Part shown: positions 55,201-64,000 of the stretch, piece after piece
Numbering within the stretch: position 1 is the stretch's first letter
Layout: each line of letters begins with the position of its first letter
Assembly: GCF_006345805.1 (NCBI RefSeq)
Contig: NC_043000.1
Span: forward strand, 163,060,001 to 163,124,000
Source of the DNA: Octopus sinensis
Taxonomy: Eukaryota
Direction: 5' to 3'
DNA: 64,000 nucleotides
Translations under genes and position numbers: made by a program
Notes under the pieces: generated by a model
Seen by the model: the letters and a program-made list of their open reading frames with translations, nothing else
What the model was told of the DNA's origin: nothing
Databases searched by the model: none

Positions 55201-58200
55201 TTGTATTGCCGAAGAATTATCATTTTCGTTTTTTTCCATTGGTTAATATAACTGCTCATATAAAGATTCTAAAAGTTTCGTAAAGAATATCTGTCATGAA
55301 TTTCGATTCTTTTTAGTCAAGTTGAGCAGTTATAAAAACCCTGGATTTTGGAAAATAAATGAGTGTTCGTTTGGTAGTCATTCAACTCCACGTCACTCAC
55401 TCTTTTGGAGACATCAGTAAATTTTTATGCCATGTCTAAGTTAATCACAAATCTATTTTGATTTGTTGGTTAGCATATTAGATAGAAAGAAGAAATTAGC
55501 TAAGGAATTTAAAGTCGTTTTTCTTCACGACGAAGTTATCTTTCTTACTGTAAAAAAATATAAAATGTTATATTTATATAATAAAAATAATCAAAAAGAA
55601 AATGTTTCTCTTCACGTTTGTTTTTCAACTGAGCATAGATAAATATGCATTTCTGTAATCTTTGTTTTATGTTTCTTATAGCGGTTTAAAGGACACGATT
55701 AAAATATTCAACATACATGGTCGTTGATGTAGCGTTCCATGCGTATATGTCTATATGACGTTATAACTGCAGTTAGGGTTAAAGATATAATGATAACACT
55801 TGAGTATAAGTGACGTTGAATCATTATATTTTCCCTTACTCAGAGGAAAGCCTAAATAAATAATATAACTTAAGAGAAAGCTTAGGGTAGAATAAACCGA
55901 GAGCCGCCATAGGAAAAAGTAAATGGACAGTGAAAACGAGGTAGACCGAGGAAAATGTGGAGGGGACAGGTGGTGGAGGAGATTGAGAGGGTTGACTTGA
56001 GAAGGGAGGACACCCAAAACCGAGCAAGATGGTGAGACGGTATGAGGGCAGTTGCTATGACATTCAGGTAGATCCGGCCACCCACGTTAACGGGGACAAA
56101 ACCAGGATTCAAAATGATGGATGATAATGATAAATGAGAATGCAGAATCCTCTGTGCAGCAAAAAATGGAGATGGAATATAAGACCCTTAAATACTTTGG
56201 TCAATGGCCAGGCAATACACTGACCCTACAAGCTATTTCTTAACAAAAGTTAGAATGTAAAGAAAAGTTTTACAAGCCTTACCATTTTCTCTGTTTTCAG
56301 ATGCAACACCTTTCAGTTTAGAATCTTCCTTCTTTTTAGAGCTTTTGTTAGTTTTGTAAACCCTCATCTTTGAGTTCTGTAAATCAAAATACCAAAAATA
56401 CATATCTGTACCATCTATTATATTTTTTGGAAAGTGACCAAAAAAGACATATATTTAAATATAACATAAAGATATATACATTTATGAGTTATATAAATAT
56501 TTCTTGTAATATCTGAAAATTTTGAATTCAGTATATAATTTCATCTCTATGATCAAAGTTCCAATTCCAGCAAAGATCAACTTCTACTTTCCGTGCTCCA
56601 AGATCAATAAAATAGGCATCTGCAATGCAATGAAGTTGAATTAATAATACACACACACAGATATGTGTATGTGTATGCTAGTATTTGTGTATGTATATAG
56701 ACAGGTGTACTGCTGCTTTATATGTTTTAACAGATGAGGAGTGCTAAAAGTAGGGGGCGGGGAATGAAAAACAAAAGAAAACAAAACAAAGAACATGAAA
56801 AATGCATAAAGGAAAATTTGGTTTTAAAAGTAAATAAATTTATTTCATATAGCTTCAACCATTGGTTACACATTTGTCCATCTGTTTACTTCAACTATGA
56901 AATGTAGAAATGCAAAATTATCTCAGGCTTTTTCTACAGTGATGTTTTCAAATATTTCTTTAGTTTCCATATGAGCGTGATCGTTGCCAGAGCAACAAGC
57001 TGGCCTCCATGCCGGTGGCACGAAAAAAAACACCATTCGAGCGAGATCGTTACCTGCATCGCCTTACTGGCACTTGTGCTGGTGGCATGTGAAAAAACAT
57101 TCGAGTGAGGTCGTTGCCAGTGCCGCTGGACTGGCTCCTGTGCAGGTGGCACATAAAAAGCACCATTTGAGCATGGCTGTTGCCAGTACCGCCTGACTGG
57201 CCCTCATGCCGGTGGCACATAAAAGCACCCACTACACTCTCAGAGTGGTTGGCATTAGGAAGAGCATCCAGCTGTAGAAACTCTGCCAGATCAGAGTGGA
57301 GTCTGGTGCAGCCATCTGGTTCGCCAGTCCTCAGTCAAATCGTCCAACCCATGCTAGCATGGAAAGCGGACGTTAAACGATGATGATGATGAATGCTTCC
57401 ATGACTATGATATTTATATGTTAATTGAGCTGATACAAAAATGATATAATGCTATATAGGACTATATGGCAACCGTGGAAAATTGTGAGGTCATTCTGAC
57501 AAATGGATTCAGTGCAAATACTGACATGATGAAACAAGATTCCACATGATAATTTTCCTTGGCATTTGTCAAATGATGTTCCCTAAATTTTTAATTGCTA
57601 TTACAGCCTTAAGTCATAGTGTCATCTGCATTGAGATATTCAATATAAACACCTTTAGATTCATAAAACACATACTGTCATCCTGTCTGAATTGACTTTG
57701 TTTGATGGGATGTCAATATACTTTAATCCCCCGTTCTATGAACTGTTGTTTCTTTGTTGAATAATATCCAGAAGCCATGTTGCATTACCAGTAAAATTTG
57801 TTGTGAAAAATCTTCAGAGATCATTGTCATAAATATCACTGCAATCGTTGTACATCTCAACTCTTTTTTGCCAATGAATACTTGTCAAAATATAAGGAAT
57901 CCACCTAAAACTACTCTTGCACATCTTCAAAAGTCTGTGAAGTATTTGCAGAACTAAGCCTTCATTTATATTCCACATACATGTAGTGCTTCTTGTCATC
58001 CTTGAATCTGCTTCAAGTAGGCTCTTCACAAACTCAAGGTTGCTTTCAGCCCTCAAAATTGGCCTACAACAATCTTCATCATGTATTGAGTCCTTATCAA
58101 CAATAGTGACAATAATGATAAGGCATATATTTACTGTTTAAACCCCACATTTCTTAATTACAATAAAGATTTTCTTTGTTTTGCTTTTGTTTTGTCTCTC

Positions 58201-59074
58201 ATTTTCTTTACATTCATGCTACATATTTTAGGGGCATCACCATAGTGGTTTGGTGGGACAGCACTTATAAATTTATAGATTTGCTTAATATTAGAAAAGA
58301 AATAACTCACCACAATCAGACTATCAGCTGAGTCCAGAAAAAGCCAACCAGAATTTTCCCCAAATGTTTTCTCACTTGTACTGAAATACACAATAATTTC
58401 TTGTTTGTTGTAAGCCTCTGTTACTTTAGTTTTCATTTTGATTTTTTTAATGTTTTTTTGTACAGACAGGCCTCCGTGCCGGTGGCACGTAAAAAACACC
58501 ATCCAATCGTGGCTGTTTGCCAGCCTCGTCTGGCATGTATAAAGCACCCACTACACTCACGGAGTGGTTGGCATTAGGAAGGGCATCCAGCCGTAGAAAC
58601 ATTGCCAGATCAGACTGGGCCTGGTGCGGCCTTCTGGCTTCCCAGATCCCAGTTGAACTGTCCAACCCATGCTAGCATGGAAAGCGGACGCTAAATGATG
58701 ATGATGATGAATAAATACACCTAGCCAGTTTACTCAAGTCTTCAGTGATCATTCTACAACATAATGATGTTAGAAGATTATACAACCTACAGTGTAGAAT
58801 GCATATTATGTGTCTTATGTCACTGAGACAAGTGAGGTTACATGCATCAAGAATAAAGATCTTCTACCCCATATCAGATTTTATTCAGACTTACTACTCT
58901 CCCAGACAAAGTTGTCTCTGCAACAGTTTGCAGAATTCACTTCTCTTTCATTCTTCCTTTCATTCTTCCTTTCATTTTATACAGTATAATTCTACAGCTA
59001 ATGTCTTTCTCATTATCAACCACTATATAGTATGAAATGGGTACCTTTTATTACAGATGTATACACACACACAC

Positions 59075-59112
<38 letters not shown>

Positions 59113-62100
59113 CTATATATATATATTCCAATGTACATATAAATATATCAAAATTTGCTTACCAAATAGAATTCACCACACTAAAAAATGTGACACAGTC
59201 ATATTGGGTCAAATCCCTGCAAAAGAAATAACAATTAACATAGGTAAAACAAACAAATGAGAGGATTCTTGAAATGTATTTGTGTGAAAGTGGAGAGGGA
59301 AAGACAGACAGATAGCAAGTATATATAACATATTTACATACACGGATGTAAACAAACAAACACATACAAACAGACAAATGCATATAAACATGCACACTTG
59401 CATGTATGTTACACACTTCAGAGAATAACTATCCATTAAATTACCAATATTTATTAGAGATGGAATACTTAAAGCAATCAGTTATTTAGTTAAAAGACCT
59501 GGCTGTACGGTTCACCCCATGATCTGAGCTAGTCTTTTAGATAATTTATACTACCATACTCTAACCAATTTAGATGAATCAAGCAAGTGCTTGATTCTCT
59601 CCAAGACACTAGAGATTACTACATCAACAAAATTCAGATTTACAAGTTTATAGTCATCTCATGAACAAGAGACATAACTCTGTTTATTTCAGTTAGGTGG
59701 ATTAAACAAAAACCCGGTTTCAATCTTACCAGGTCTACATTGCCTTTTATTTTTTAATAGCTGACACCAAGTACAAGTACTATATTGAGTACAGCTACTT
59801 AAATTCATTACTTCTAATTAGTGAAGTAAATATATTACATAATGCTACAGAAGAAACTGATACCAAGCACCTAAACTCAGTAGTCTTGAGTTTTGTAATT
59901 CTATCACTTATTATAAAGTAGGAGAGTATGGATGGTATGATAGTGATAGAGGTAGCAAGCTGAGAGGTTAGCATCTTGGATTTTGTCAATGCTACAGCAG
60001 GTTTCGATTTGTTTGTTTTTAAATTATTAATTAGACAGAGAATGGCAATGAACATGGCTTCTGTAAGAAGGCTCTGGACCAGTAGAACTAACGTTCAGTT
60101 TGAATTTCTTGAAGGAGGGACAGAATTCCCAAGAACTTCGGCACTGAGGAGGCAAAGGTTTAATGTGTTTTGTTGGGGTAACAAGGTATTTCCTGTCTCT
60201 TTAATGCCACAGAAATGATGATAAGCACCAGCATAATGAACCAAAAAGATATGTCAAGAGTCAGGTAATTTATACCAAGATTTGTCTCAGATCAATGCAA
60301 GGAAATCAGAGTTAAGGACTGAATTCAAAGATCCTCAGGAATTACAAAAGGTTCAACATCTATACTGCAATATCCTAAAACATTTAGTCAAAAAACCTTG
60401 CACTGAAAGCCTCAGGACAACAAAGAGTGATAATGCTGACAGACTTACTGGCTAATCATCCTCAAGGTTTTGAGATCAGAGACAATCTGCTTGGCTTTGC
60501 TGCTGAGCTGGTTCCAAATAGGATTCAGTTGATGTCGAATCATAATATCAAAGGACTTGCCAATCGCATTTTCCACTGTTATCTCATCAAAATCAATCTG
60601 AAGAAGATAGAAGAAAGAAAAAGTTTATCTAAATGATACAAATAAATATACTAAGCTGGTGCCCCAGGATGACAGAAAGAAGTAAAAAATAAAAGACACA
60701 AACAAAAGACAGACCACTAGAATGTCTTCTTTTGGATCAGTAAATTATCGATCATGGACATGAACATAGTCCTGCCCTCAGATTTGTGGATTTGCTCTGA
60801 ACTAAGAAATCATTATCATCCTTACTGTTGTTAATTTCATTTGATGACAAAGAAATGTGGAGGCGCAATGGCCCAGTGGTTAGGGCAGCAGACTCGTGGT
60901 CGGAGGATCGCGGTTTCGATTCCCAGATTGGGCGTTGTGTGTGCTTATTGAGCGAAAACACCTAAAGCTCCATGAGGCTCCGGTGGGGGGGGGGGTGACC
61001 CCTGTTATACTCTTTCACCCCAACTTTCTCTCACTCTCTCTTCCTGTTTCTTGAGTGATGCTGCAATGGACTGGCATCCCGTCCAGCTGGGGGGAACACA
61101 TATGCCATAGAAACTGGGAAACCAGGCCCATGAGCCTGGCTAGGCTTTAAAAGGGTGCATAAATAAAAACCAAAGAAACGGAGGTTACAAAATCATTTTT
61201 ATACATGCAGCTTCAAATCTTGTATAAGTTGCATTTATCTTCTATTCTTCAGTGGTTGATTTAATCAAATGTTTCTTCCCAAGAAATGTGTTGTCTTGGT
61301 AACAACATCAGGAATTTTAATTTGTTATTCATTAAGGACGTTTTTCTAACAAAAAGAGAATATTACAACACAGGATTACAGAATAGGTAAAGAGCCAAAC
61401 AAAGAAAAATGTTTTGCAGGGTTTAGGTAAACTTCTTTTTATGTTCTCAGTTCAAATCTTACTAAGGTACCAGTAACGTATTGCGGTCAATTGAATTGAT
61501 GCCAGTCTTTTACTATAAATTTGTAACCTTGAGGCAATATTAGAAGAAACCTGTATTACCACAGAATAAAATATCACCTACGGCAGAGGTATATCTTTTG
61601 AGATCAGAGATGCAGGAATTAATAAGATCAAGAAGGGCCGTTTGGCAAGCAACCATTGTACTCGTCATCTGGATGTGCAGCTCAACAACCTCTATCTAAA
61701 ACAAAAGAAAAACAAAAAATGAATCACAGAAGCAAAAAATGAAAAATTTTAAATGAGTGAATAAAGAATGGAAAGACAAGAGAGAAACTAAAGGAAATTT
61801 ATGATAATCATAGAAATAGCAAAGACAGAAATCAACAGAAGTCGTCAAGAGTGGCCAGCAGAGTTATTGAGGAACATGTGCTTTTTGAGTAAAAGAAGAG
61901 TGGAGGTTACCAGCTGACTAGCTAAGAAATTATTAAACCAATAAAACCAATAAGCATATGTTTACCTTTTACCATCTATATATTAATCTGCTTGTCCTTA
62001 AATAATACATCTTCAACTAAATTGTTATGCATTCCTTAATACCTTTTTAGACAACATTGATATGTATGTGGCCTCTGACTTGTTAGAAATGATAACCAAA

Positions 62101-63973
62101 TCATTTCAAATCACATCCAACTGTCTTAAAACAGAAAGGAAGCACAAAATATGTAGTGCAAAAGATTATCATGGCTAGAATGTCTGATAAAAGATCTGCT
62201 CAGTTAGGAGTGACTCAGGGATAAGCATCAACAAAAGAAATGTCTACTCAGGTTAACATCCACTAAACTGATCACAGCCCACTTTGATCCAGTGCTGATT
62301 TCTTCAATCTAACTATATATTAGGTCAAAAGTAAATGATCATCACAGAATGTAAATGAAACAAAACACATACAAAAACAAACAAAATTATTAACAAAAAT
62401 CAACAGTTTTAAATGAAATCTTACCTTATGTTTATCCAAGCAGCTTGCAACATTAGCATGGAACCGTGGCCACAAGAACAGTTTCTTGAGAAAAAGATTT
62501 TTCATTACGTTTTCAACATGGGCAAAACCAGTTGTGAAACCAGAAGGCCGGTCAGAAAAGGCCTTGATAAAACCAGTCTATAACAGATAAATATTTGGTA
62601 TTTAGAACAGAACATGAATACTGCTGCCAAAGCATTAAATATGTTATTTTTGTTGTTGAATAATTGTAATTAACCGCATATGAACAACGGAAACCTTATG
62701 ACACAGATGTAGTAGCAAGATAAATCACAAGATTATTACATCCAATTAGACTATGCTTCAATTAGCTCTGCAAACATATTGTATTTTACAACCATACAGG
62801 TTATGTAGGGGAGGTGCAATGTGATAGCGGATGAGGATGATAATCAACATGTAATATCTAGATTTTACCTTGGTCCATTATTAAGCTTCCTAAGAGACAC
62901 AATCAAAAAGACTGGGAAGAAGCTGTATTACTGTCAACAAGTCCAACATATAACAGCATAGAAAATAGGAAACAGAATGGATGATGACAGAAAACGCAAA
63001 AGTCAAGGTGATGCAACTTTACTGTAATTACTATGGATTTTCACCTTTGTGTTTTATAACCCAACTCAGACTACAAGATTTAGAGGAAATTGGCGAAGGG
63101 ACTACACTCTTCTGAGGTACATGCGTATGCTTTCTCCCCACCTTATTTTAATTTTTAACAGAAACAAAGAGAAGAGAGAGCAAAAAGATTGATACTACAA
63201 TAGTATGTTGCCAATATTTTTATAAGGTATTTACCCATTTTTATGTTCTGAGTTCAAGTTCTGTCAAAGTCGATTTTGCCTTTCATCCTTTCGAGGTCGA
63301 TAAAATAAGTACCAGTTGAGCACTGGGATTGATGTAATTGACTTAGCCTCTCCCCAAAATCTAGAATCAATGTTTTATAAAGTACTAGCAGTATCGCCCG
63401 GCATTGCTCGGGTTTGTTTTGACTCTTTAGAATTGGAATTTTTGAAAAGTAAAAATTTTGCATAATGTAGCTTGTTATTCTCTTCAAGTGAGCATTTTTC
63501 TGGTTGAAATACACCGAAAAATGGTGACACAGCAGTCAAAAAATCGTAAAAAATTGAGATTTTCATAGAAAGAAGCACCTTTTTAATGTAAATAATTTTT
63601 GGTCTTAACATGGTCTGATTTGAATTTTTTTTTCTACGGAATGAAGAGCAAGCCTCCCTCTATCATACTCTCAATTTTGGCCAACTTGCACCGCAGGGTC
63701 TCAGAGGAGATAGTGTTAGTTGAAGGCTAACAACCCTGCCACACACAGACAACTTCAGCTTTATATATATAGATAATTGGATATATTATTTGAAAGCAAC
63801 CAAGGATAAGTGAGATATGTTAAAATTGCTTTGTAAGTAACCTCTTCAAACTTTTAGTTTTCTTATCTAATTAGAATATAATGGGATATACTTTAAACTC
63901 AGAATTTCCACTTACTTTGTTTTTCTGTCGGTAAAGTCTGAGAATAAAAGCTTCCTGGCATGAATCCAAGATT
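14185..63973 (-). CDS. ERCC4: DNA repair endonuclease XPF, multi-exon gene; 5' end lies beyond the window
   Basis: 19 exons with AG acceptors, GT (one GC) donors and compatible phases give about 741 aa collinear with human XPF: SF2 helicase-like region ([27 protein letters not shown]), ERCC4 nuclease ([18 protein letters not shown]) and C-terminal HhH2 region (LLKLPGVN). Confidence 0.97.
14860..15190 (+). mobile_element. tRNA/CORE-like SINE (family B)
   Basis: ccaaccacatggttctgggttcagtcccactgcatggcaccttgggtaagtgtc head and gactgaaacaag tail. Confidence 0.8.
15340..15910 (-). mobile_element. RTE LINE 3' end (ORF tail and modular 3'UTR)
   Basis: Reverse strand reads [11 protein letters not shown]..., then the repeat modules and a (GAT)n tail. 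Confidence 0.8.
17000..17460 (-). mobile_element. RTE 3'UTR copy with about 5 repeat modules
   Basis: Repeated GGTGCTTTT(T)ATGTGCCAC on the plus strand; (ATC)n tail. Confidence 0.75.
18329..18415 (-). CDS. ERCC4: XPF exon ([14 protein letters not shown]...DKYNPKPQ)
   Basis: 87 nt, attcag acceptor, gtaagc donor; matches human QPDAATALA...EKYNPGPQ. Confidence 0.93.
18950..19720 (-). mobile_element. Decayed RTE LINE 3' end
   Basis: Same ORF tail and 3'UTR modules as 37800-38420. Confidence 0.7.
20790..20930 (-). CDS. ERCC4: XPF exon (NKYQLDND...[28 protein letters not shown])
   Basis: 141 nt; matches human [28 protein letters not shown]. Confidence 0.97.
22793..22996 (+). mobile_element. tRNA-derived SINE (family A) with 17-bp TSD
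   Basis: ATATATTCTCTGGGCAG at 22776-22792 and 22997-23013. Confidence 0.92.
23266..24523 (+). mobile_element. Putative non-autonomous Helitron containing a SINE fragment
   Basis: A/TC start (TCTTAATATATAAAAC), 3' CCCAGGCAATGCCGGGG hairpin-like motif and CTGG/T end, resembling the ends of 63385-63773. Confidence 0.55.
24780..25230 (+). mobile_element. RTE 3'UTR copy (young subfamily)
   Basis: Near-identical to 2472-2938 and 52270-52745. Confidence 0.88.
25600..25975 (-). mobile_element. tRNA/CORE-like SINE (family B)
   Basis: Same as 51224-51631 with an internal deletion. Confidence 0.82.
26700..26968 (+). mobile_element. RTE 3'UTR copy
   Basis: Modules followed by CATGGAAAGCGGACGTT, running into (TA)n. 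Confidence 0.8.
27137..27545 (+). mobile_element. Full-length tRNA/CORE-like SINE (family B)
   Basis: Head GTGTGGCTGTGTGGTAAG, GGTTCAGTCC B-box, CCTTGGGCAAGTGTC core, internal microsatellite, (AAAGAGT)n tail. Confidence 0.88.
27686..28244 (-). mobile_element. Internally deleted mariner element with both TIRs and TA TSD
   Basis: TIRs TTGAGTTGTCTGGAAAGTTT and AAACTTTCCGGACAACCCAA; the minus strand encodes [20 protein letters not shown]...[13 protein letters not shown]. Confidence 0.9.
28449..31080. repeat. 12-bp tandem array (CAATCAACTAGA and variants), about 220 units
   Basis: Directly visible; ordered variant blocks; more indels toward the right end. Confidence 0.98.
31187..31357 (-). CDS. 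ERCC4: XPF nuclease active-site exon ([16 protein letters not shown]...KYFSL)
   Basis: 171 nt; GDY and VERKxxxD catalytic motifs. Confidence 0.98.
31855..33580 (+). mobile_element. 5'-truncated decayed RTE-type LINE with a Cys-rich insert in the RT region and the modular 3'UTR
   Basis: [52 protein letters not shown]; stops and frameshifts; GAT-type tail. Confidence 0.9.
33630..37692 (+). mobile_element. Penelope-like element with ~300-bp inverted terminal repeats, antisense in an XPF intron
   Basis: 33662-33965 is the reverse complement of 37393-37692; RT and GIY-YIG coding region between; (TA)n on both sides. Confidence 0.94.
34356..36722 (+). pseudogene. Penelope-like RT and GIY-YIG endonuclease ORF with frameshifts
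   Basis: [49 protein letters not shown] (frame shifted near 35655), FLD, SHP region (shift near 35890), VYVLTC..C..HYIGQT. Confidence 0.93.
37800..38420 (-). mobile_element. RTE LINE 3' end
   Basis: [24 protein letters not shown]...GRGRPR..WDE...AVLEKTR followed by 3'UTR modules. Confidence 0.85.
38440..38820 (-). mobile_element. tRNA/CORE-like SINE (family B)
   Basis: Homologous to 51224-51631. Confidence 0.78.
39596..39682 (-). CDS. ERCC4: XPF exon ([29 protein letters not shown])
   Basis: 87 nt; start of the ERCC4 nuclease domain. Confidence 0.97.
39766..39990 (+). mobile_element. CR1-type LINE 3' terminal fragment
   Basis: Encodes an ORF end like [11 protein letters not shown]; GGTGCACCTGAGCACTGTA and (ATT)n tail shared with 53640-53750. 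Confidence 0.8.
41448..41660 (+). mobile_element. CR1-type LINE 3' terminal fragment (second copy)
   Basis: Closely similar to 39766-39990. Confidence 0.8.
41669..42042. mobile_element. Fold-back element with ~155-bp inverted arms, each containing a tRNA-like head
   Basis: 41670-41822 is the approximate reverse complement of 41887-42041; B-box-like GAGTTC(A/G)AGTC in each arm, followed by a T5 run; TA on both flanks. Confidence 0.8.
42600..42920 (+). mobile_element. RTE 3'UTR copy
   Basis: Three GGCACGT(A/G)AAA(A)GCACC modules and a (GAT)n tail. Confidence 0.85.
44218..44472 (-). mobile_element. tRNA-derived SINE with family C core and a different 3' tail
   Basis: Head GTGGCTTAGTGG...GGTTTCGATTCC; tail GATGGACTGGCGTCCCGTCCAGCTGG shared with 60857-61168. 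Confidence 0.85.
45430..45558 (-). CDS. ERCC4: XPF exon ([11 protein letters not shown]...SSRKGG...NHK)
   Basis: 129 nt; matches human MVVPEEREG and TRKAGG. Confidence 0.94.
46104..46337 (+). mobile_element. Full-length tRNA-derived SINE (family A) with 15-bp TSD
   Basis: TATATTGATCCTAGT at 46089-46103 and 46338-46352. Confidence 0.95.
46747..46884 (-). CDS. ERCC4: XPF exon ([18 protein letters not shown]...EFLIKEKA)
   Basis: 138 nt; PLRVYFLIY and [15 protein letters not shown] motifs. Confidence 0.97.
49184..49339 (-). CDS. ERCC4: XPF exon ([16 protein letters not shown]...[12 protein letters not shown]) ending at a GC donor
   Basis: Matches human DAAFGIL...IIHP...LYDAELTFVRQLE; donor GAG/gcaagt. 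An alternative acceptor at 49352 is possible. Confidence 0.92.
49907..49927 (-). CDS. ERCC4: Probable XPF 21-nt microexon (FPFAVKV)
   Basis: gactag acceptor, GTG/gtaagt donor, frame-preserving, 69-nt upstream intron; occupies the position of human FDVNLSS. Inferred from splice signals only. Confidence 0.55.
49997..50113 (-). CDS. ERCC4: XPF exon ([10 protein letters not shown]...LNTEE), Lys-rich NLS-like linker
   Basis: 117 nt, phase 0/0, ttacag acceptor; basic cluster resembles human KKKKRKLTL. Confidence 0.82.
50491..50714. mobile_element. MITE with degenerate TTAA-CCCTTT-type ends (piggyBac-like)
   Basis: TTAGACCTTTAGCATT and AATGCTAAAAGGCTCAA; a similar end (GTAACGAAAGGGTTAA) occurs at about 11315-11328. 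Confidence 0.5.
51224..51631 (-). mobile_element. Full-length tRNA/CORE-like SINE (family B)
   Basis: Reverse complement of the 27137-27545 type; well preserved. Confidence 0.9.
51985..52068 (-). CDS. ERCC4: XPF exon ([28 protein letters not shown])
   Basis: 84 nt, phase 0/0, tttcag acceptor, gtaaga donor; positional match to human YITLGAEAFLLRLY. Confidence 0.85.
52270..52745 (+). mobile_element. RTE 3'UTR copy (young subfamily)
   Basis: Near-identical to 24780-25230. Confidence 0.88.
52756..53750 (+). mobile_element. 5'-truncated CR1-type LINE with an uninterrupted 304-codon RT C-terminal ORF
   Basis: [57 protein letters not shown]; (ATT)n tail. Confidence 0.95.
54219..54376 (-). CDS. 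ERCC4: XPF exon ([11 protein letters not shown]...[16 protein letters not shown])
   Basis: 158 nt; matches human NPKWEALTEVL and [16 protein letters not shown]. Confidence 0.95.
55080..56130 (+). mobile_element. Decayed RTE 3' end split by a ~780-bp insert (55140-55920)
   Basis: Left part reads [11 protein letters not shown]; right part reads NGQ*KRGRPRK.W...[10 protein letters not shown] with a GAT tail. Confidence 0.65.
56283..56376 (-). CDS. ERCC4: XPF exon ([19 protein letters not shown]...)
   Basis: 94 nt, ttacag acceptor, gtaagg donor; start matches human NARARVY and phases fit both neighbours. Confidence 0.88.
56830..58130 (-). mobile_element. Decayed mariner transposase remnant interrupted by an RTE 3'UTR copy (56965-57390)
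   Basis: [18 protein letters not shown]...[20 protein letters not shown] resembles the mariner HTH and WVPHEL region; FTGNATW and FYESKGV resemble the GDETW and VFWD..GV motifs. Confidence 0.7.
56965..57390 (+). mobile_element. RTE 3'UTR copy with 4-5 modules
   Basis: GCCGGTGGCAC..AAAAGCACC modules at about 62-65 bp spacing; (GAT)n tail. Confidence 0.85.
58311..58380 (-). CDS. ERCC4: XPF exon ([23 protein letters not shown])
   Basis: 70 nt, tttcag acceptor, gtgagt donor; matches human [16 protein letters not shown]. Confidence 0.95.
58470..58710 (+). mobile_element. RTE 3'UTR copy
   Basis: Same subfamily as 42600-42920. Confidence 0.85.
59163..59216 (-). CDS. ERCC4: XPF exon ([17 protein letters not shown])
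   Basis: 54 nt, phase 2/2, ttgcag acceptor, gtaagc donor; YDCVTF motif. Confidence 0.94.
60449..60597 (-). CDS. ERCC4: XPF exon ([17 protein letters not shown]...DLKTLRMIS)
   Basis: 149 nt, ends in phase 2 at gtaagt; matches human LSLENAIGKPFD...DLKILR. Confidence 0.95.
60857..61168 (+). mobile_element. tRNA-derived SINE with a distinct central domain
   Basis: A-box TGGCCCAGTGG, B-box GGTTTCGATTCC; tail shared with 44218-44472. Confidence 0.85.
61582..61695 (-). CDS. ERCC4: XPF exon ([11 protein letters not shown]...LKRYTSA)
   Basis: 114 nt with AG/GT ends; matches human PEVVEIHVSMT...ACLKELK. Confidence 0.93.
62425..62577 (-). CDS. ERCC4: XPF exon (TGFIKAFSD...[17 protein letters not shown])
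   Basis: 153 nt, phase 0/0, ttatag acceptor, gtaaga donor; matches human GFIKAFTD...LWPRFH. Confidence 0.96.
63385..63773 (-). mobile_element. Non-autonomous Helitron
   Basis: Minus strand starts A/TCTATATATATAAAGC and ends CCCGAGCAATGCCGGG hairpin, then CTAG/T. Confidence 0.75.
63916..63973 (-). CDS. ERCC4: XPF exon ([19 protein letters not shown])
   Basis: tttttag acceptor, gtaagt donor; matches human [19 protein letters not shown]. Confidence 0.95.
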
Positions 63974-64000
63974 CTAAAAATCAGAAAAAAATTATTATTT

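Noticed and set aside
59795-60218. Overlapping ORFs on both strands as a nested gene
   Set aside because: Interrupted by stops; [15 protein letters not shown] looks more like a decayed LINE RT segment.

Overview
AT-rich, repeat-dense eukaryotic genomic DNA. The SINE and LINE families resemble those of octopus (coleoid cephalopod); this taxon call is inference. The one host gene is ERCC4/XPF (structure-specific DNA repair endonuclease) on the minus strand. I traced 19 coding exons from 63973 to the stop at 14185, about 741 codons in one consistent frame; the 5' exons lie beyond the window. The gene includes a GC-AG intron and a probable 21-nt microexon. The rest is mobile DNA: RTE LINEs and many copies of their modular 3'UTR, CR1/L2 fragments, a near-complete Penelope-like element (RT + GIY-YIG) with inverted terminal repeats, tRNA-derived SINEs, mariner, Tigger and Helitron remnants, MITEs, microsatellites and a 2.6-kb 12-bp tandem array. 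The most unusual observations are four: (1) hammerhead-like cores with a U3-A8 covariation in both the Penelope termini and a loop-less ~450-bp palindrome; (2) a fold-back element built from two divergent tRNA-like Pol III units; (3) a satellite that appears to have expanded inside a SINE next to the XPF nuclease exon; (4) a CRISPR-like hairpin array in the RTE 3'UTR. Coordinates were read by eye; repeat boundaries are approximate.
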